Assembly: GCF_036365525.1 (NCBI RefSeq)
Contig: NW_027141754.1
Location: forward strand, 1-60,683
DNA: 60,683 nt
Reading direction: 5' to 3'
Source: Heterodontus francisci
Lineage: Eukaryota
The notes under the pieces were generated by a model. That model worked only from the letters and a program-made list of their open reading frames with translations, searched no databases and was not told the origin of the DNA. The translations under genes and the position numbers were made by a program. How positions within the stretch are numbered: position 1 is the stretch's first letter; each line of letters begins with the position of its first letter. Positions 10,755 to 22,608 of the stretch are shown one piece after another.

Positions 10755-11915
10755 GACCAGTATCACTTACAATGGCATCTCCTCCTGCACTGTTACCTCT
10801 GGTGTCCCCCAAGGATCTCTCCTTCGCCCCCACCCCCCCCCCCCCCATTTCTCATCTACATGCTGCCCGTCAACAGATAACACGTAGGCTGATGACACCC
10901 AGCTCTACCTCACCGCCACCTCTCTCCACTCCTCCACTGTTGCCAAACTATCAGACTGCATGTCCGAAATCCAGTACCATCCAGACGAGCAGAAATTTCC
11001 TCCGGTTAGATATTGGGAAGACCGAAGCCATTGTTTTCGGACCCCGCTCCCAACTCCGTTCCCTCGCGCCCCCCGACTCCATCCCTCGACCTGGCAACGG
11101 TCTGAGATTAAGCCAGTCCGTTTGCAGCCTTGGTGTCACCTCTGACCCCGAGGTGAGCACCCGACCACATGTTTGAGTCATCGCTAAGGCCGCCTGTTTC
11201 CACCTCCGTAACGCCGCTCGACTTCGCCCCCCACCCCACCCCACCCCAGCTCATCCGCTGCTGAAACCCTCATTCTTGTCTGGAGGCGACGTAGGCTTGA
11301 CCATTCCAACGCACTCCTGGCCGGTCTCGCACATTCCACCCTCCGTAAACTCGAGGTCACCCAAAGCTATGCCGCACCCCCCTCCCCATGTCTCAACTCG
11401 CACCGCGTCCCGTTCCCCTATCACACCCCCCCCCCCCCCCCCACCGCGCTGGCTGACCGACACCCGCCTCCCGGTCAAGCAACGCCTCGATTTTAAAATT
11501 CTCACCCTCCAGTTCCAATCCCTCCATGATCTCCTCGCCCCCCTCCGTATCTCCGTAGCCTCCTCCAGCCCCCTACGTCCCTCCGAGATCCTCCAATTCT
11601 GACCTCTTGCACACACCACCCCCCCCCTCCACCCCCCGATTCTCCTCGCTCCCCCGTTGGGCGGCCGTGCCTTCAGCCGCCCGGGGGGGGGGGGGGGGGG
11701 GGCCCCCGCGCTCCGGAATTCCCTCCCTGAACCTCTCCGCCTCCACCTCGCTTTCCTCAAAACACACCTCGCCCACCCAGCCTTTGATCATCTGTCCAGC
11801 TATATCTCCCTTTGTGTCTCAGCGTCATATTTTGTTTTATAATGTTCTTGTAGAAGTGCCCTTGGGGCCTTTTGTTACGTTAAAGGTGCTATATAGATAT
11901 AAGTTGTTGTTATAC
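10755..11915 (+). mobile_element. Degenerate L2-type LINE fragment in DDIT3 intron 2
   Basis: SGVPQGS RT motif at ~10798, ADDTQLY-like motif at ~10887, LPVKQRLDFKIL downstream. Confidence 0.75.
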
Positions 11916-12666
11916 AACAGAACAGGAGGAAGTGGAGGCCATTCGGCCCCTCAAGCCTGCTCCCCCCTTCCCCATCCCAAGAATCAGTCTAGTGAACTTT
12001 CATTGCACCCCCCCCCCCCCCCCCCAAGGAAAAAACATCCTTCCTTGGGTAAGGGGAGTGAAACTGTACACCATATTCCAGGTGTGGTGTCACCAAAGCC
12101 CTGAATCTTCCGTACTGTCTATAAACGTTGGGTTGGGAGTCTCGGGCTTGAGAGAATAGATCCAAAAGTTAGAACCAGACCTTTCAGGAGTGAAATGAGG
12201 AAACACTCCTACACACAGAGAGGGTGGCGGAAGTTTGGAACTCTCTCCCGCAAACGGCAAATCGATACTGGATCGATTGTTAATTCTAAATCTGAGATTG
12301 ATCAAATTTGAGGTATCAAGGGATATGGGCACAAAGCCAGGAATATGGAGTTAGGTCACTGATCAGCCAAGATCTCATTGAATGGCAGAACAGGCTCGGG
12401 GAGGGGGCTGAATGGCTTCCTCCTGGCCCTGCGGAACAAGCTCGAAGGGGGCTGAATGGCCTCCTCCTGGCCCTGCGGAACAGGCGCGAGGAAGGGGGCT
12501 GAATGGCCTCCCCCCTGTCCCTGTGCTTCCCCATTCTTTTGCTGAGGATCAGAGAACCCAAACGAGTTGAGCAACAACGTAGGAAATGGAGAGCGGAGGA
12601 CGGCAACGGTGAAGAGCGCGGAGGTAACACTGAAGGGAGGAGAGGGAAAGGCGGTCCTACCTTTTA

Positions 12667-12705
12667 TCACGTGGTCCACGTACAGGCGCGTCGTCTCCTC
12701 GGGAC
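12667..12705 (-). CDS. DDIT3 uORF part 2 (VPRRRRACTWTT*) in 45-nt exon 2
   Basis: ttgtttcgtag| acceptor, TGA TAA double stop, aag|gtagga donor at 12661. Confidence 0.72.
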   Translation of the reverse strand, partial: VPRRRRACTWTT

Positions 12706-12758
12706 CTACGAAACAACCGATACTTAATTAGAGGGGTGGGGGGAAAATAAATGCCTCC

Positions 12759-12768
12759 GTTGCGTAAC
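12759..12768. promoter_or_regulatory. C/EBP consensus site in DDIT3 intron 1
   Basis: GTTGCGTAAC matches RTTGCGYAAY. Confidence 0.45.
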
Positions 12769-13111
12769 GCCCGCGGGGGGTCGCGGGCTACGACCTCCGG
12801 AAGCGGAGAGGCAGGAGATCACCTCGTTCTTCCCAGTTGGACGACCCTCTGCGACGTGGGATGTCACAACCGCATTTTCCCTGGGAATTAACACATTCCT
12901 CATCCCAGGAATTCTCAGCGCGGGTTAAAACCCTGGATTTAACCCCTCCACCACCAACCACCAACACCCACCTTGGGCACCCCACACACACACACAACAT
13001 TTCAAACCTGGAACGTTTAAGAAGGAACAAGGGACAAAATTGGAATGCAAAAAGTAAAGGGCGTGCAATTTTTCGGCTGGACAACGATTGCAAGGGGATG
13101 CAAAGGCTTAC

Positions 13112-13201
13112 TCTGGCGCTGCAACGGTGCTGGCGGGGCGGCCGGTGGCGGATTGGCGGCGGCGGGTTCCTGGCGGAGAGGCGAAATTTCACGTCTGACA
13201 T
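13112..13201 (-). CDS. DDIT3 uORF part 1 (MSDVKFRLSARNPPPPIRHRPPRQHRCSAR)
   Basis: accATG at 13201, 30 codons to a phase-0 donor aga|gtaagc. Confidence 0.7.
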
Positions 13202-13276
13202 GGTCGAGGGTGGCGAGTCGGAATGAGCATGAGAGTTGATGGGTCCCCGCAGCGGAAGCGGCGGGATTGACAGGCG

Positions 13277-13469
13277 CCAATGGGGGGGGGGGGGCCGACC
13301 GGCGCCCCTTCCCGACCAATGGCGGGCGGCGAGGGAGGCGGGATTCTGGGCTGGGCGGGATTCTTCCAGCGACGGCCCCGACGGGTGACTCAGCGAAGTC
13401 ACGAGCTGGGCATGAGTCAGAGAGGGATGAGCTGATGCAAAGGGCTGCCTGATGCAATTCCCATGCAAT
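13277..13469 (-). promoter_or_regulatory. DDIT3 stress-response promoter: 2 CCAAT boxes, 2 AP-1 sites, tandem C/EBP-ATF (AARE/CARE) sites
   Basis: CCAAT 13277-13281 and 13316-13320; TGACTCA 13386-13392; TGAGTCA 13413-13419; TGATGCAAA 13433-13441; TGATGCAAT 13450-13458; half-site ATGCAAT 13463-13469. Confidence 0.82.
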
Positions 13470-14187
13470 GCACGGGAAGGGGGACAGAGCAAAAGGGAAG
13501 GTGGGGGAGGCCACTCGGCCCTTCGCGTCCGTGCCCGCCCTCTGCGAGAGCCCAGTCCCGCTCCCCACCCCTCGCCCATAGCAATTTGCTTGCCCACCTC
13601 CCCCCCCCCCCCCACCACCACCATCATGATTTTGAACACCGCTGGCAAATGTCCTCTCAACCTTTGCCTTTTCCAGGGAGAACAGCCCCGGATTCCCCCA
13701 GTCCGCCCACGTGGCTGAAGCCCACCTCCGCCCCACCACCACCGTCCCCGGAACCATTCTCATGAATCTCTTCCCGCGCCCTCTCCGACGCCTCCGCCTC
13801 CTTCCGGACGCCATACTCCGGCTGGTGCCGAGCCACTGCCTTACAACGGCTCACAGTGACCACCGCCGCCCCCCCCCCACCCCACCACTGCGCCGCCCGG
13901 CCCGGCCTCCTTCTGTTCCCTGTGCATGCGACGGGCCCGAGGGGCTGAATGGCCTCCTCCCCACCCACCGTCGTGTTTCCCGACGCGACTCCCCGAATCG
14001 GGTTTAGGCGCCCCGGTCGGACCACCTGCGTTTTTAAACCTTGCGCGCCTCGAGGGGCAAAGCCCTCTCCGCCGACCCCCCCTCCCCCGCTGCCCCGTCC
14101 TTCTCGACCCGAAGCGGCTGTGCAAACGCCAAGTTGTCGCCGCGACTGCTGCGGCAAGTCGTCGTCGTCGCGGCGGGGATGGTCCTT

Positions 14188-17152
14188 ATAAGTTGTTGTT
14201 GTTGTAACACCCCCGCCCACCACCAACCTGGAGAAAGTTGTTGTTGTTGTTGTAAAACACCCCTCCCCCACCATCACCCTGGAGAATGTTGTTGTTGTAA
14301 CACAGCTCCTCCCCCACCATCACCCTGGAGAAAGTTGTTGTTGTAACACACACCCTCCCACTGGAGAACGTTGTTGTTGTAACACCCCCCATCCCTCGGA
14401 GAAAGTTGTTCTTGTAACACACACCCTCCCCCCCCAGGAGAAAGTTGCTGTTGTTGCAACACACCCCCTTCCCCTGGAGAAAGTTGTTGTTGTAACACCT
14501 CTCCCCCCCACTGGGGAAAGTTGTTGTAACACCCCCCAGAGAAAGTTGTTGTTGTAATGCTCCCCCTTCCGCTGGAGAATGCTGTTGTTGTAACACCCGC
14601 TCGCCCTGGAGAAAGTTGTTGTTGTAACACACACCCTCCCACTGGAGAACGTTGTTGTTGTAACACACCCCATCCCTCGGAGAAAGTTGTTCTTGTGACA
14701 CACCTCCCCCCTCCCTCGGAGAAAGTTGTTGTTGTAACACCCCCCCTCCCTCGGAGAAAGTTGTTGTTGTAACACACCACCTTCCCCCATTATCACCCTG
14801 GAGAACGTTGTTGTTGTTGTAACACTCCCCCCTTCCCCTGGAGAATGTTGTTGTTGTAACACACCACCTTCCCCCATTATCACCCTGGAGAAAGTTGTTG
14901 TTGTTGTAACACTCCCCCCTTCCCCTGGAGAATGTTGTTGTTGTAACACCCGCTCCCCCTGGAGAAAGTTGTTGTCGTAACACACCCCATCCCTCGGAGA
15001 AAGTTGTTGTTGTAACACCCCCCATCCCTCGGAGAAAGTTGTTGTTGTAACACACACCCTCCCCCCCCCCCCGGAGAAAGTTGCTGTTGTTGCAACACAC
15101 CCCCTTCCCCTGGAGAAAGTTGTTGTTGTAACACCTCTCTCCCACTGGGGAAAGTTGTTGTAACACCCCCCCCAGAGAAAGTTGTTGTTGTAACACCCCA
15201 CCCTCTCCCTGGAGAAAGTTGATGTTGTAACACCCCACCCTCTCCCTGGAGAAAGTTGATGTTGTAACACACACCCTCCCACTGGAGAACGTTGTTGTTG
15301 TAACACACCCCATCCCTCGGAGAAAGTTGTTCTTGTGACACCCCCCCTCCCTCGGAGAAAGTTGTTGTTGTAACACCCCCCTCCCTCGGAGAAAGTTGTT
15401 GTTGTAACACACCACCTTCCCCCATTATCACCCTGGAGAACGTTGTTGTTGTTGTAACACTCCCCCCTTCCCCTGGAGAATGTTGTTGTTGTAACACACC
15501 ACCTTCCCCCATTATCACCCTGGAGAAAGTTGTTGTTGTTGTAACACTCCCCCCCTTCCCCTGGAGAATGTTGTTGTTGTAACACCCGCTCCCCCTGGAG
15601 AAAGTTGTTGTCGTAACACACCCCATCCATCGGAGAAAGTTGTTCTTGTAACACCCCCCCATCCCTCGGAGAAAGTTGTTGTTGTAACACACACCCTCCG
15701 CCCCCCCCCCCCGGAGAAAGTTGCTGTTGTTGCAGCACACCCCCTTCCCCTGGAGAAAGTTGTTGTTGTAACACCTCTCCCCCACTGGGGGAAAGTTGTT
15801 GTAACAACCCCCCAGAGAAAGTTGTTGTTGTAACACCCCACCCTCTCCCTGGAGAAAGTTGTTGTTGTAACACCCCCTCCCTCGGAGAAAGTTGTTGTTG
15901 TAACACCCCACCCTCTCCCTGGAGAAAGTTGTTGTTGTAACACCCCCTCCCTCGGAGAAAGTTGTTGTTGTAACACCCCACCATCCCCCATTATCACCCT
16001 GGAGAAAGTTGTTGTTGTAACACCCCCCCTCCCTCGGAGCAAGTTGTTGTTGTAACACCCCACCATCCCCCATTATCACCCTGGAGAAAGTTGTTGTTGT
16101 AACACCCCCCCTCGGAGAAAGTTGTTGTTGTTGTAACACTCCCCCCTTCCCCTGGAGAATGTTGTTGTTGTAACACCCGCTCCCCCTGGAGAAAGTTGTT
16201 GTCGTAACACACCCCATCCCTCGGAGAAAGTTGTTGTTGTAACACCCCCCATCCCTCGGAGAAAGTTGTTGTTGTAACACACACCCTCCCCCCCTTGGAG
16301 AAAGTTGCTGGTGTTGCAACACACCCCCTTCCCCTGGAGAAAGTTGTTGTTGTAACACCTCTCCCCCACTGGGGAAAGTTGTTGTAACACCCCCCAGAGA
16401 AAGTTGTTGTTGTAACACCCCACCCTCTCCCTGGGGAAAGTTGTTGTTGTAACACACCACCTTCCCCCATTATCACCCTGGAGAACGTTGTTGTTGTTGT
16501 AACACTCCCCCCTTCCCCTGGAGAATGTTGTTGTTGTAACACATCACCTTCCCCCATTATCACCCTGGAGAAAGTTGTTGTTGTTGTAACACTCCCCCCT
16601 TCCCCTGGAGAATGTTGTTGTTGTAACACCCGCTCCCCCTGGAGAAAGTTGTTGTCGTAACACACCCCATCCCTCGGACAAAGTTGTTGTTGTAACACAC
16701 ACCCTCCCCCCCCCCCCCGAGAAAGGTGCTGTTGTTGCAACACACCCCCTTCCCCTGGAGAAAGTTGTTGTTGTAACACCTCTCCCCCACTGGGGAAAGT
16801 TGTTGTAACACCCCCCAGAGAAAGTTGTTGTTGTAACACCCCACCCTCTCCCTGGAGAAAGTTGATGTTGTAACACACCACCTTCCCCCATTATCACCCT
16901 GGAGAAAGTTGTTGTTGTAACACCCCCCCTCCCTGGAGAAAGTTGATGTTGTAACACACCACCTTCCCCCATTATCACCCTGGAGAAAGTTGTTGTTGTA
17001 ACACCCCCCCTCCCTGGAGAAAGTTGTTGTTGTAACACCCCCCCTCCCTGGAGAAAGTTGATGTTGTAACACACCATCTTCCCCCATTATCACCCCGGAG
17101 AAAGTTGTTGTTGTAACACCCCCCCCCCCCCCCGGAGAAAGTTGTTGTTGTC
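14188..17152. repeat. ~3-kb minisatellite: constant core ggagaaagttgttgttgtaacac plus variable C-rich linkers, roughly 75-80 units
   Basis: Direct inspection; explains all the long CYNNN/VTTTT/LQQQ ORFs. Confidence 0.95.
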
Positions 17153-17155
17153 AAG

Positions 17156-17846
17156 CCAATAGCATTTTCTGGGCAGTCGAGCCGAGAATGACGTGACGCT
17201 CGGGGCGCCCTAAGCCCCGCCCACACAGGGGAGTGACTGTGTGTGTGTGTGGGGGGGGGAGGGAGGAACGAGGAGGGGGCGGGGCCGACGTCCCCCCCCC
17301 CTCCCCCCCCCCCGGGGAGAGCGAATCACGTGCGGCGCCCGGGTCCCGCCCCAGCCCTCTCCTCCCGTGATTGACGTATGGGGGGGGGGGGGGAAGAGCG
17401 GTGAGAGAATCACGTGACGTTGAGGCTCGAAGCCCCGCCCACCACGGTGCGCGCGCGTGTTGGTGGGGGGGGGTGTTTGAAGGGGAAGAATCACGTGACG
17501 CCAACCGCCGCCCACGGCCCCGCCTTCCTTCCCCTCCCCGCCCCAACAGTTCCGGTTCAGAGTTCACGGACGGCGCAAGCGCGTCCGGTCGCCCGTCGGC
17601 CGTCAAAAAAAAACTGGTGTTTTTTTTTTGAGGACATAAAAAATTTACAATCAATTAAAGATCAAGAGGGAGGGAAGCGGGCCGAGAAAAGAAATCCTGA
17701 GGTGGCGGCGGGGGGTGTGTGATTAAAATAACGCCGAGTGTAGATAGAGAGAGAGAGAGAGGGGGGGGTTTGAATATGGGGCGGCGGCAGCAGGAGGAGG
17801 AGAAGCGGCAGAAACAGCAGCAACAACGGCCGGGATGTCGCATCAG
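17156..17846 (+). promoter_or_regulatory. CpG-island promoter and non-coding first exon of MBD6
   Basis: CpG-rich; CCAAT near 17156; four GAAT(C/G)ACGTG motifs; GC boxes (CCCCGCCC); donor cag|gtaaat after 17846. Confidence 0.7.
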
Positions 17847-18164
17847 GTAAATTTAAACCCCCCCCCCCCCCTCCTCCCCTTCCAAACACACAGGTTCGGG
17901 AAAGTTCCAGCAGCTTCCAGGGAGCGTTTGACCCTTCTCTCTCTTCTCCCCCCCCCCGGCCGTCTTTGGTACATTCCAGCCCCCCCCCCACCAGCCAGGA
18001 GGATTTGGTACATTCCAGCCCCCCCCCCCCCCCCCACTACCAGCCAGGAGGATTTGGTACATTCCAGTGCTCCCCCCCCCCCCCCCCCCCCCCAAAATTA
18101 CTGAGCTTTGGAATATTCCAGTGCGCCCCCGGGGCTGGGAGGATTTGGTATATTCCACCCCCCC

Positions 18165-19817
18165 CCCCTTTACCCTCCCCCCCTCTCTGGAGGGTTACAG
18201 AATGGACCCTCCCCCCTTTACCCTCCCCCCTCTCCGGAGGGTTACAGAATGGACCGTCCTCTCTTTACCCTCCCCCCTCTCCGGAGGGTTACAGAATGGA
18301 CCGTCCCACCCCTTCACCCTCCCCCCCTCTCCGGAGGGTTACAGAATGGACCGTCCCCTCTTTACCCTCCCCCCTCTCTGGAGGGTTACAGAATGGACCG
18401 TCCCCTCTTTACCCTCCCATCTCTCCGGAGGGTTACAGAATGGATCCTCCCCCCTTCACCCTCCCCCCTCTCCGGAGGGTTACAGAATGGACCGTCCCCC
18501 CTTCACCCTCCCCCCTCTCTGGAGGGTTACAGAATGGACCGTCCCACCCCTTCACCCTCCCCCCTCTCCGGAGGGTAACAGAATGGACCGTCCCCTCTTT
18601 ACCCTCCCATCTCTCCGGAGGGTTACAGAATGGATCCTCCCCCCTTCACCCTCCCCCCTCTCCGGAGGGTTACAGAATGGACCGTCCCCCCTTCACCCTC
18701 CCCCCTCTCTGGAGGGTTACAGAATGGACCGTCCCACCCCTTTACCCTCCCCCCTCTCCGGAGGGTTACAGAATGGACCGTCCCCCCTTTACCCTCCCCC
18801 CTCTCCGGAGGGTTACAGAATGGACCCTCCCCCCTCTCCGGAGGGTTACAGAATGGACCGTCCCCCCTTTACCCTCCCCCCTCTCCGGAGGGTTACAGAA
18901 TGGACCGTCCCCCCTTTACCCTCCCCCCTCTCCGGAGGGTAACAGAATGGACCCTCCCCCCTCTCCGGAGGGTTACAGAATGGACCGTCCCACCCCTTTA
19001 CCCTCCCCCCACTCTCCGGAGGGTTACAGAATGGACCGTCCCACCCCTTTACCCTCCCCCCACTCTCCGGAGGGTTACAGAATGGACCGTCCCACCCCTT
19101 TACCCTCCCCCCTCTCCGGAGGGTTACAGAATGGACCCTCCCCCCTTCACCCTCCCCCCTCTCCGGAGGGTTACAGAATGGACCATCCCACCCCTTTACC
19201 CTCCCCCCTCTCCGGAGGGTTACAGAATGGACCGTCCCCCCTTTACCCTCCCCCCTCTCCGGAGGGTTACAGAATGGACCGTCCCCCCTCTCTGGAGGGT
19301 TACAGAATGGACCGTCCCCCCTTTACCCTCCCCCCTCTCCGGAGGGTTACAGAATGGACCGTCCCCCCTCTCTGGAGGGTTACAGAATGGACCGTCCCCC
19401 CTTTACCCTCCCCCCTCTCCGGAGGGTTACAGAATGGTCCCTCCCCCCTCTCCGGAGGGTTACAGAATGGTCCCTCCCCCCTCTCCGGAGGGTTACAGAA
19501 TGGTCCCTCCCCCCTCTCCGGAGGGTTACAGAATGGACCATCCCACCCCTTTACCCTCCCCCCTCTCCGGAGAGTTACAGAATGGTCCCTCCCCCCTCTC
19601 TGGAGGGTTACAGAATGGTCCCTCCCCCCTCTCCGGAGGGTTACAGAATGGACCGCCCCCCCTTTACCCTCCCCCCTCTCCGGAGGGTTACAGAATGGAC
19701 CCTCCCCCCTTTACCCTCCCCCCTCTCCGGAGGTTTACAGAATGGACCCTCCCCCCTTTACCCTCCCCCCTCTCCGGAGGGTTACAGAATGGACCGTCCC
19801 CCCTTTACCCTCCCCCT
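18165..19817. repeat. Minisatellite ctctccggagggttacagaatggacc[gtccccctttaccc]tccccc, units of ~31 and ~46-51 bp
   Basis: Tandem periodicity; preceded by 4 copies of tttggtacattccagc-polyC at 17965-18160. Confidence 0.95.
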
Positions 19818-20470
19818 TTAAAAGCAAATGGTATGTTGGCCTTCATAGCGAGAGGATTCGAGTACAGGAGCAGGGATGTCTTGCTGCAATTATACAGGGC
19901 CTTGGTGAGGCCACACCTGGAATATTGTGTGCAGTTTTGATCTCCTTATCTGAGGAAGCATGTTCTTGCTATAGAGGGAGTGCAGCGAAGGCTCACCAGA
20001 CTGATTCCTGGGATGGCGGGACTGACGTATGAGGAGAGATTGGATCAATTAGGCTTGTATTCACGATAGAGTTTAGAAGAGTGAGAGGGGATCTGATAGA
20101 AACCTACAGAATTCTAACAGACTAGATGCAGGAAGGATGTTCCCGATGGCGGGGGGGAGTCCAGGACCAGGGGTGACGGTCTAAGGATAAGGGGTAAAGC
20201 CATTTAGGACTGAGATGAGGGGAGATTTCCTCACCCCAGAGAGTGGTGAGCCTGTGGAATTCTCTACCACGGAAAGCAGTTGAGGCCAAATCATTAAATA
20301 TATTCAAGAAAGAGTTAGATCTAGTTCTTGGGGCTAAAGGGATCGAGGGACACGGGGAGAAAGCCGGGAACAGGGCACTGAGTTTGGACGATCAGCCACG
20401 ATCGTACTGAGTGGCGGAGCAGGCTCGAATTGGCCGAATGGCCTACGCCTGCTCCTATTTTTCTATGTTC
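19818..20470 (+). mobile_element. CR1 LINE 3' end, 5'-truncated
   Basis: KANGMLAFIARGFEYRSRDVLLQLYRALVRPHLEYCVQF, then 3' tail. Confidence 0.88.
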
Positions 20471-20639
20471 CTGTTGCATATTGATACTGACGTGCCTCAT
20501 AAGCCTAGCGGCGGTGCTGTGTTTGCATTTCCTGAACCTTTCAATCGCTTCAGATGTTTCCAGCAGCAGCCTTTTAATACCAGGCCACAAGGCGTTAAAC
20601 AGGAGCGTTATAAGCCAAATTTTGGCACCGAGCCCCCCA

Positions 20640-21090
20640 CCCCAGACATTCAGGCAGGTGACGGAGAGGGTTAGGGAGGGAATTCCAGAGCCCGGAGCCC
20701 AGGCAGCTCAAAGCACGGTCGCCAATGGCGGAGCGTTGGAAATATTGGGCGCCGGAATTGGAGGAGCGGAGAGATCTCGGAGGGTTTTAGGGGCTGGAAG
20801 AGGTTGCAGAGACAGGGAGGGGTGAGGGCCCGGTGGGATTTGAAAAGGAGGGTGAGCATTAAGGCGTTGCTTAACCAGGAGCCAAGTGTAGGTCAGCGAG
20901 CACAGCGGGCGATGGGTGAACGGGGTTCGGACACTGGGGCAGCGGAGGTTTGGATGAGCTGGAGTCTACGGAGGGCGGGAGATGGGAGACCGGCCGGGAG
21001 AGTGTCGGAATGGAGTCTGGAGGTAACAAAGGTGTGGACGAGGGTTTCAGCAGCAGGTGAGCTGAGGCAGGGGCGATGTTACAGAGGTGG
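20640..21090 (-). mobile_element. L2-type LINE fragment
   Basis: Reverse complement of the 11250-11760 region. Confidence 0.6.
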
Positions 21091-22504
21091 GTAATTGATC
21101 ATTGGTGGGAGGGGAGAGGAGGGAAGGTAAGTAGGGACTTTGGTGTTCAGTCGATACCAATCTGGCCCTGTCTGATCTGTGCTGATTCAGTCCAGCTTGG
21201 ATTGTCCTGGTCAGTATCGTTTTGGTCCACATAAGCACCGGAACATGAGGCCGTTCAACGAGATCACAGCTGACCTGTCACCTAACTCCATAACGCCTTT
21301 GCCCCCAGATCTCTCAATACCCTGGGTTAACAATCTACCAATCTCAAGATTTAACAATTGATTCCAGTATCGATTTGCCATTTGCGGGAGAGAGTCCCAA
21401 ACTTCTATCACCCTCTCCGTGTAGCAGTGCTTCCTCATTTCACTCCTGAAAGGTCTCGCTGTAATTATTAGGCTCTGCGTTCCCCCCCCGCCCCCCGCCA
21501 CCCCCAGTCCGACACTCCCCCAACCGGCGGAAATAACTTCTCTCCATCTACCCCGTCTGCTCCCCTTAATATCTTGAAACCTTTGACGAAATCGCCCCTC
21601 AAGCTTTTAAGTTCCAGGGTGCGCAACCCCAGTGCATGCAATCTCTCCTCGTAATTTAACCCTTGGAGTCCGGGTATCACTCCGCTAAATCGTGGGGCTG
21701 TTCTGATTTGTGGTGAGAGTTCTGCACAGCCTCCATACAGTCGGAGACACAAAATGCAGAAGCATTTGATACCACTCGAGTTTAGAAGAATGAGAGGTGA
21801 TGTCATTGCAACGTATAAAATGCTGAGAGGCAGTTCCCCTCCTCCTTCCCTCCCTCCCTCTTCTCCACCCCCCCCCCCCCCCCCCCCTGCTGGAGAGTGT
21901 AGAAATGGGAGGAGGGGGGGGGGGGGGGTCACAGCCTCAGGATAAGGGGCCGGCCATTTGGGACTGAGACGGGGGGAGAAATATCTTCAGTGGGAGGGTT
22001 TGTGAATCTTTGGAATTCTCTACCCCAGGGGGCTGTGGATTGCTCAGTCGTTGAGTATATTCAAGACGGAGATCGGTTAGATTTTTGAACGCTCTGGATC
22101 GGGGAAGAGGGCGGGAAAGTGGATTCGAGACAGCAGACGGGCCGTGATCTTATTGAATGGGGCAGCAGGCCCGAGGGGCTGAATGGCCTCCTCCATGCTC
22201 CTGTGTCTTACGCTCTCGCTCTCTCTCTCTCTCTCTCTGTGTCTCTTTCAGCTCCCAGCTGTAGCCGCTCTACCCGAGACTGAGCGGGGGGGGGGAGTGA
22301 CTCTGCGCAGCAGTGGACGGCTGGACGGGATGGATCCACAGTGGCTGGGCTGCCTCCCTTGCGGTGCACCGGGCGCGCGAGCAGATCTCGGAGGCAGGAC
22401 GCTGCGTAGCACGGGCGCTCTCCCTGGGGGACAATGATGACGTGAAACCCAAGTTAACAGCAGCTGACCTTTTCTCTCTTGGGTCTCAGAGAAGAAACTG
22501 AAAA

Positions 22505-22608
22505 ATGAACGGCGGCAAGGAACACGACAGAGGAGCAGGGACGGCGGCTGTGCAGATTCCCGTCGGCTGGGAACGAAGGCACGATCGGGAAAGGGTGGCT
22601 TATATCAG
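22505..22608 (+). CDS. MBD6: MBD6 coding exon 1 ([35 protein letters not shown])
   Basis: MNGG start and P.GW.R MBD motif; ag|gtttgt donor. Confidence 0.92.

Larger units (their letters stand above)
8952..13230 (-). other. DDIT3: Gene model: DDIT3/CHOP (bZIP), 4 exons, 250-aa main ORF
   Basis: Exon 1 ends at 13112 (|gtaagc), exon 2 12705-12661, exon 3 10251-9899 (ATG 10228), exon 4 from 9374 (stop 8954-8952). Tail-to-tail with MARS1 as in mammals. Confidence 0.93.

Noticed and set aside
10771-10800. Candidate DDIT3 micro-exon (CRRRCH followed by gtaagt on the minus strand)
   Set aside because: Lies in an L2 RT fragment with no polypyrimidine tract; 12705-12661 is a much better exon 2.
13277-13335. 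Canonical ERSE (CCAAT-N9-CCACG)
   Set aside because: Neither CCAAT has a CCACG-like pentamer at the required spacing.
14188-17152. CRISPR-like repeat/spacer appearance and 400-550 aa ORFs
   Set aside because: Linkers are short, low-complexity and recurrent; no cas genes; vertebrate context. ORFs are open in several frames because of the repeat.
17966-20032. 688-aa proline-rich ORF
   Set aside because: Translation of a minisatellite running into a CR1 fragment inside MBD6 intron 1.
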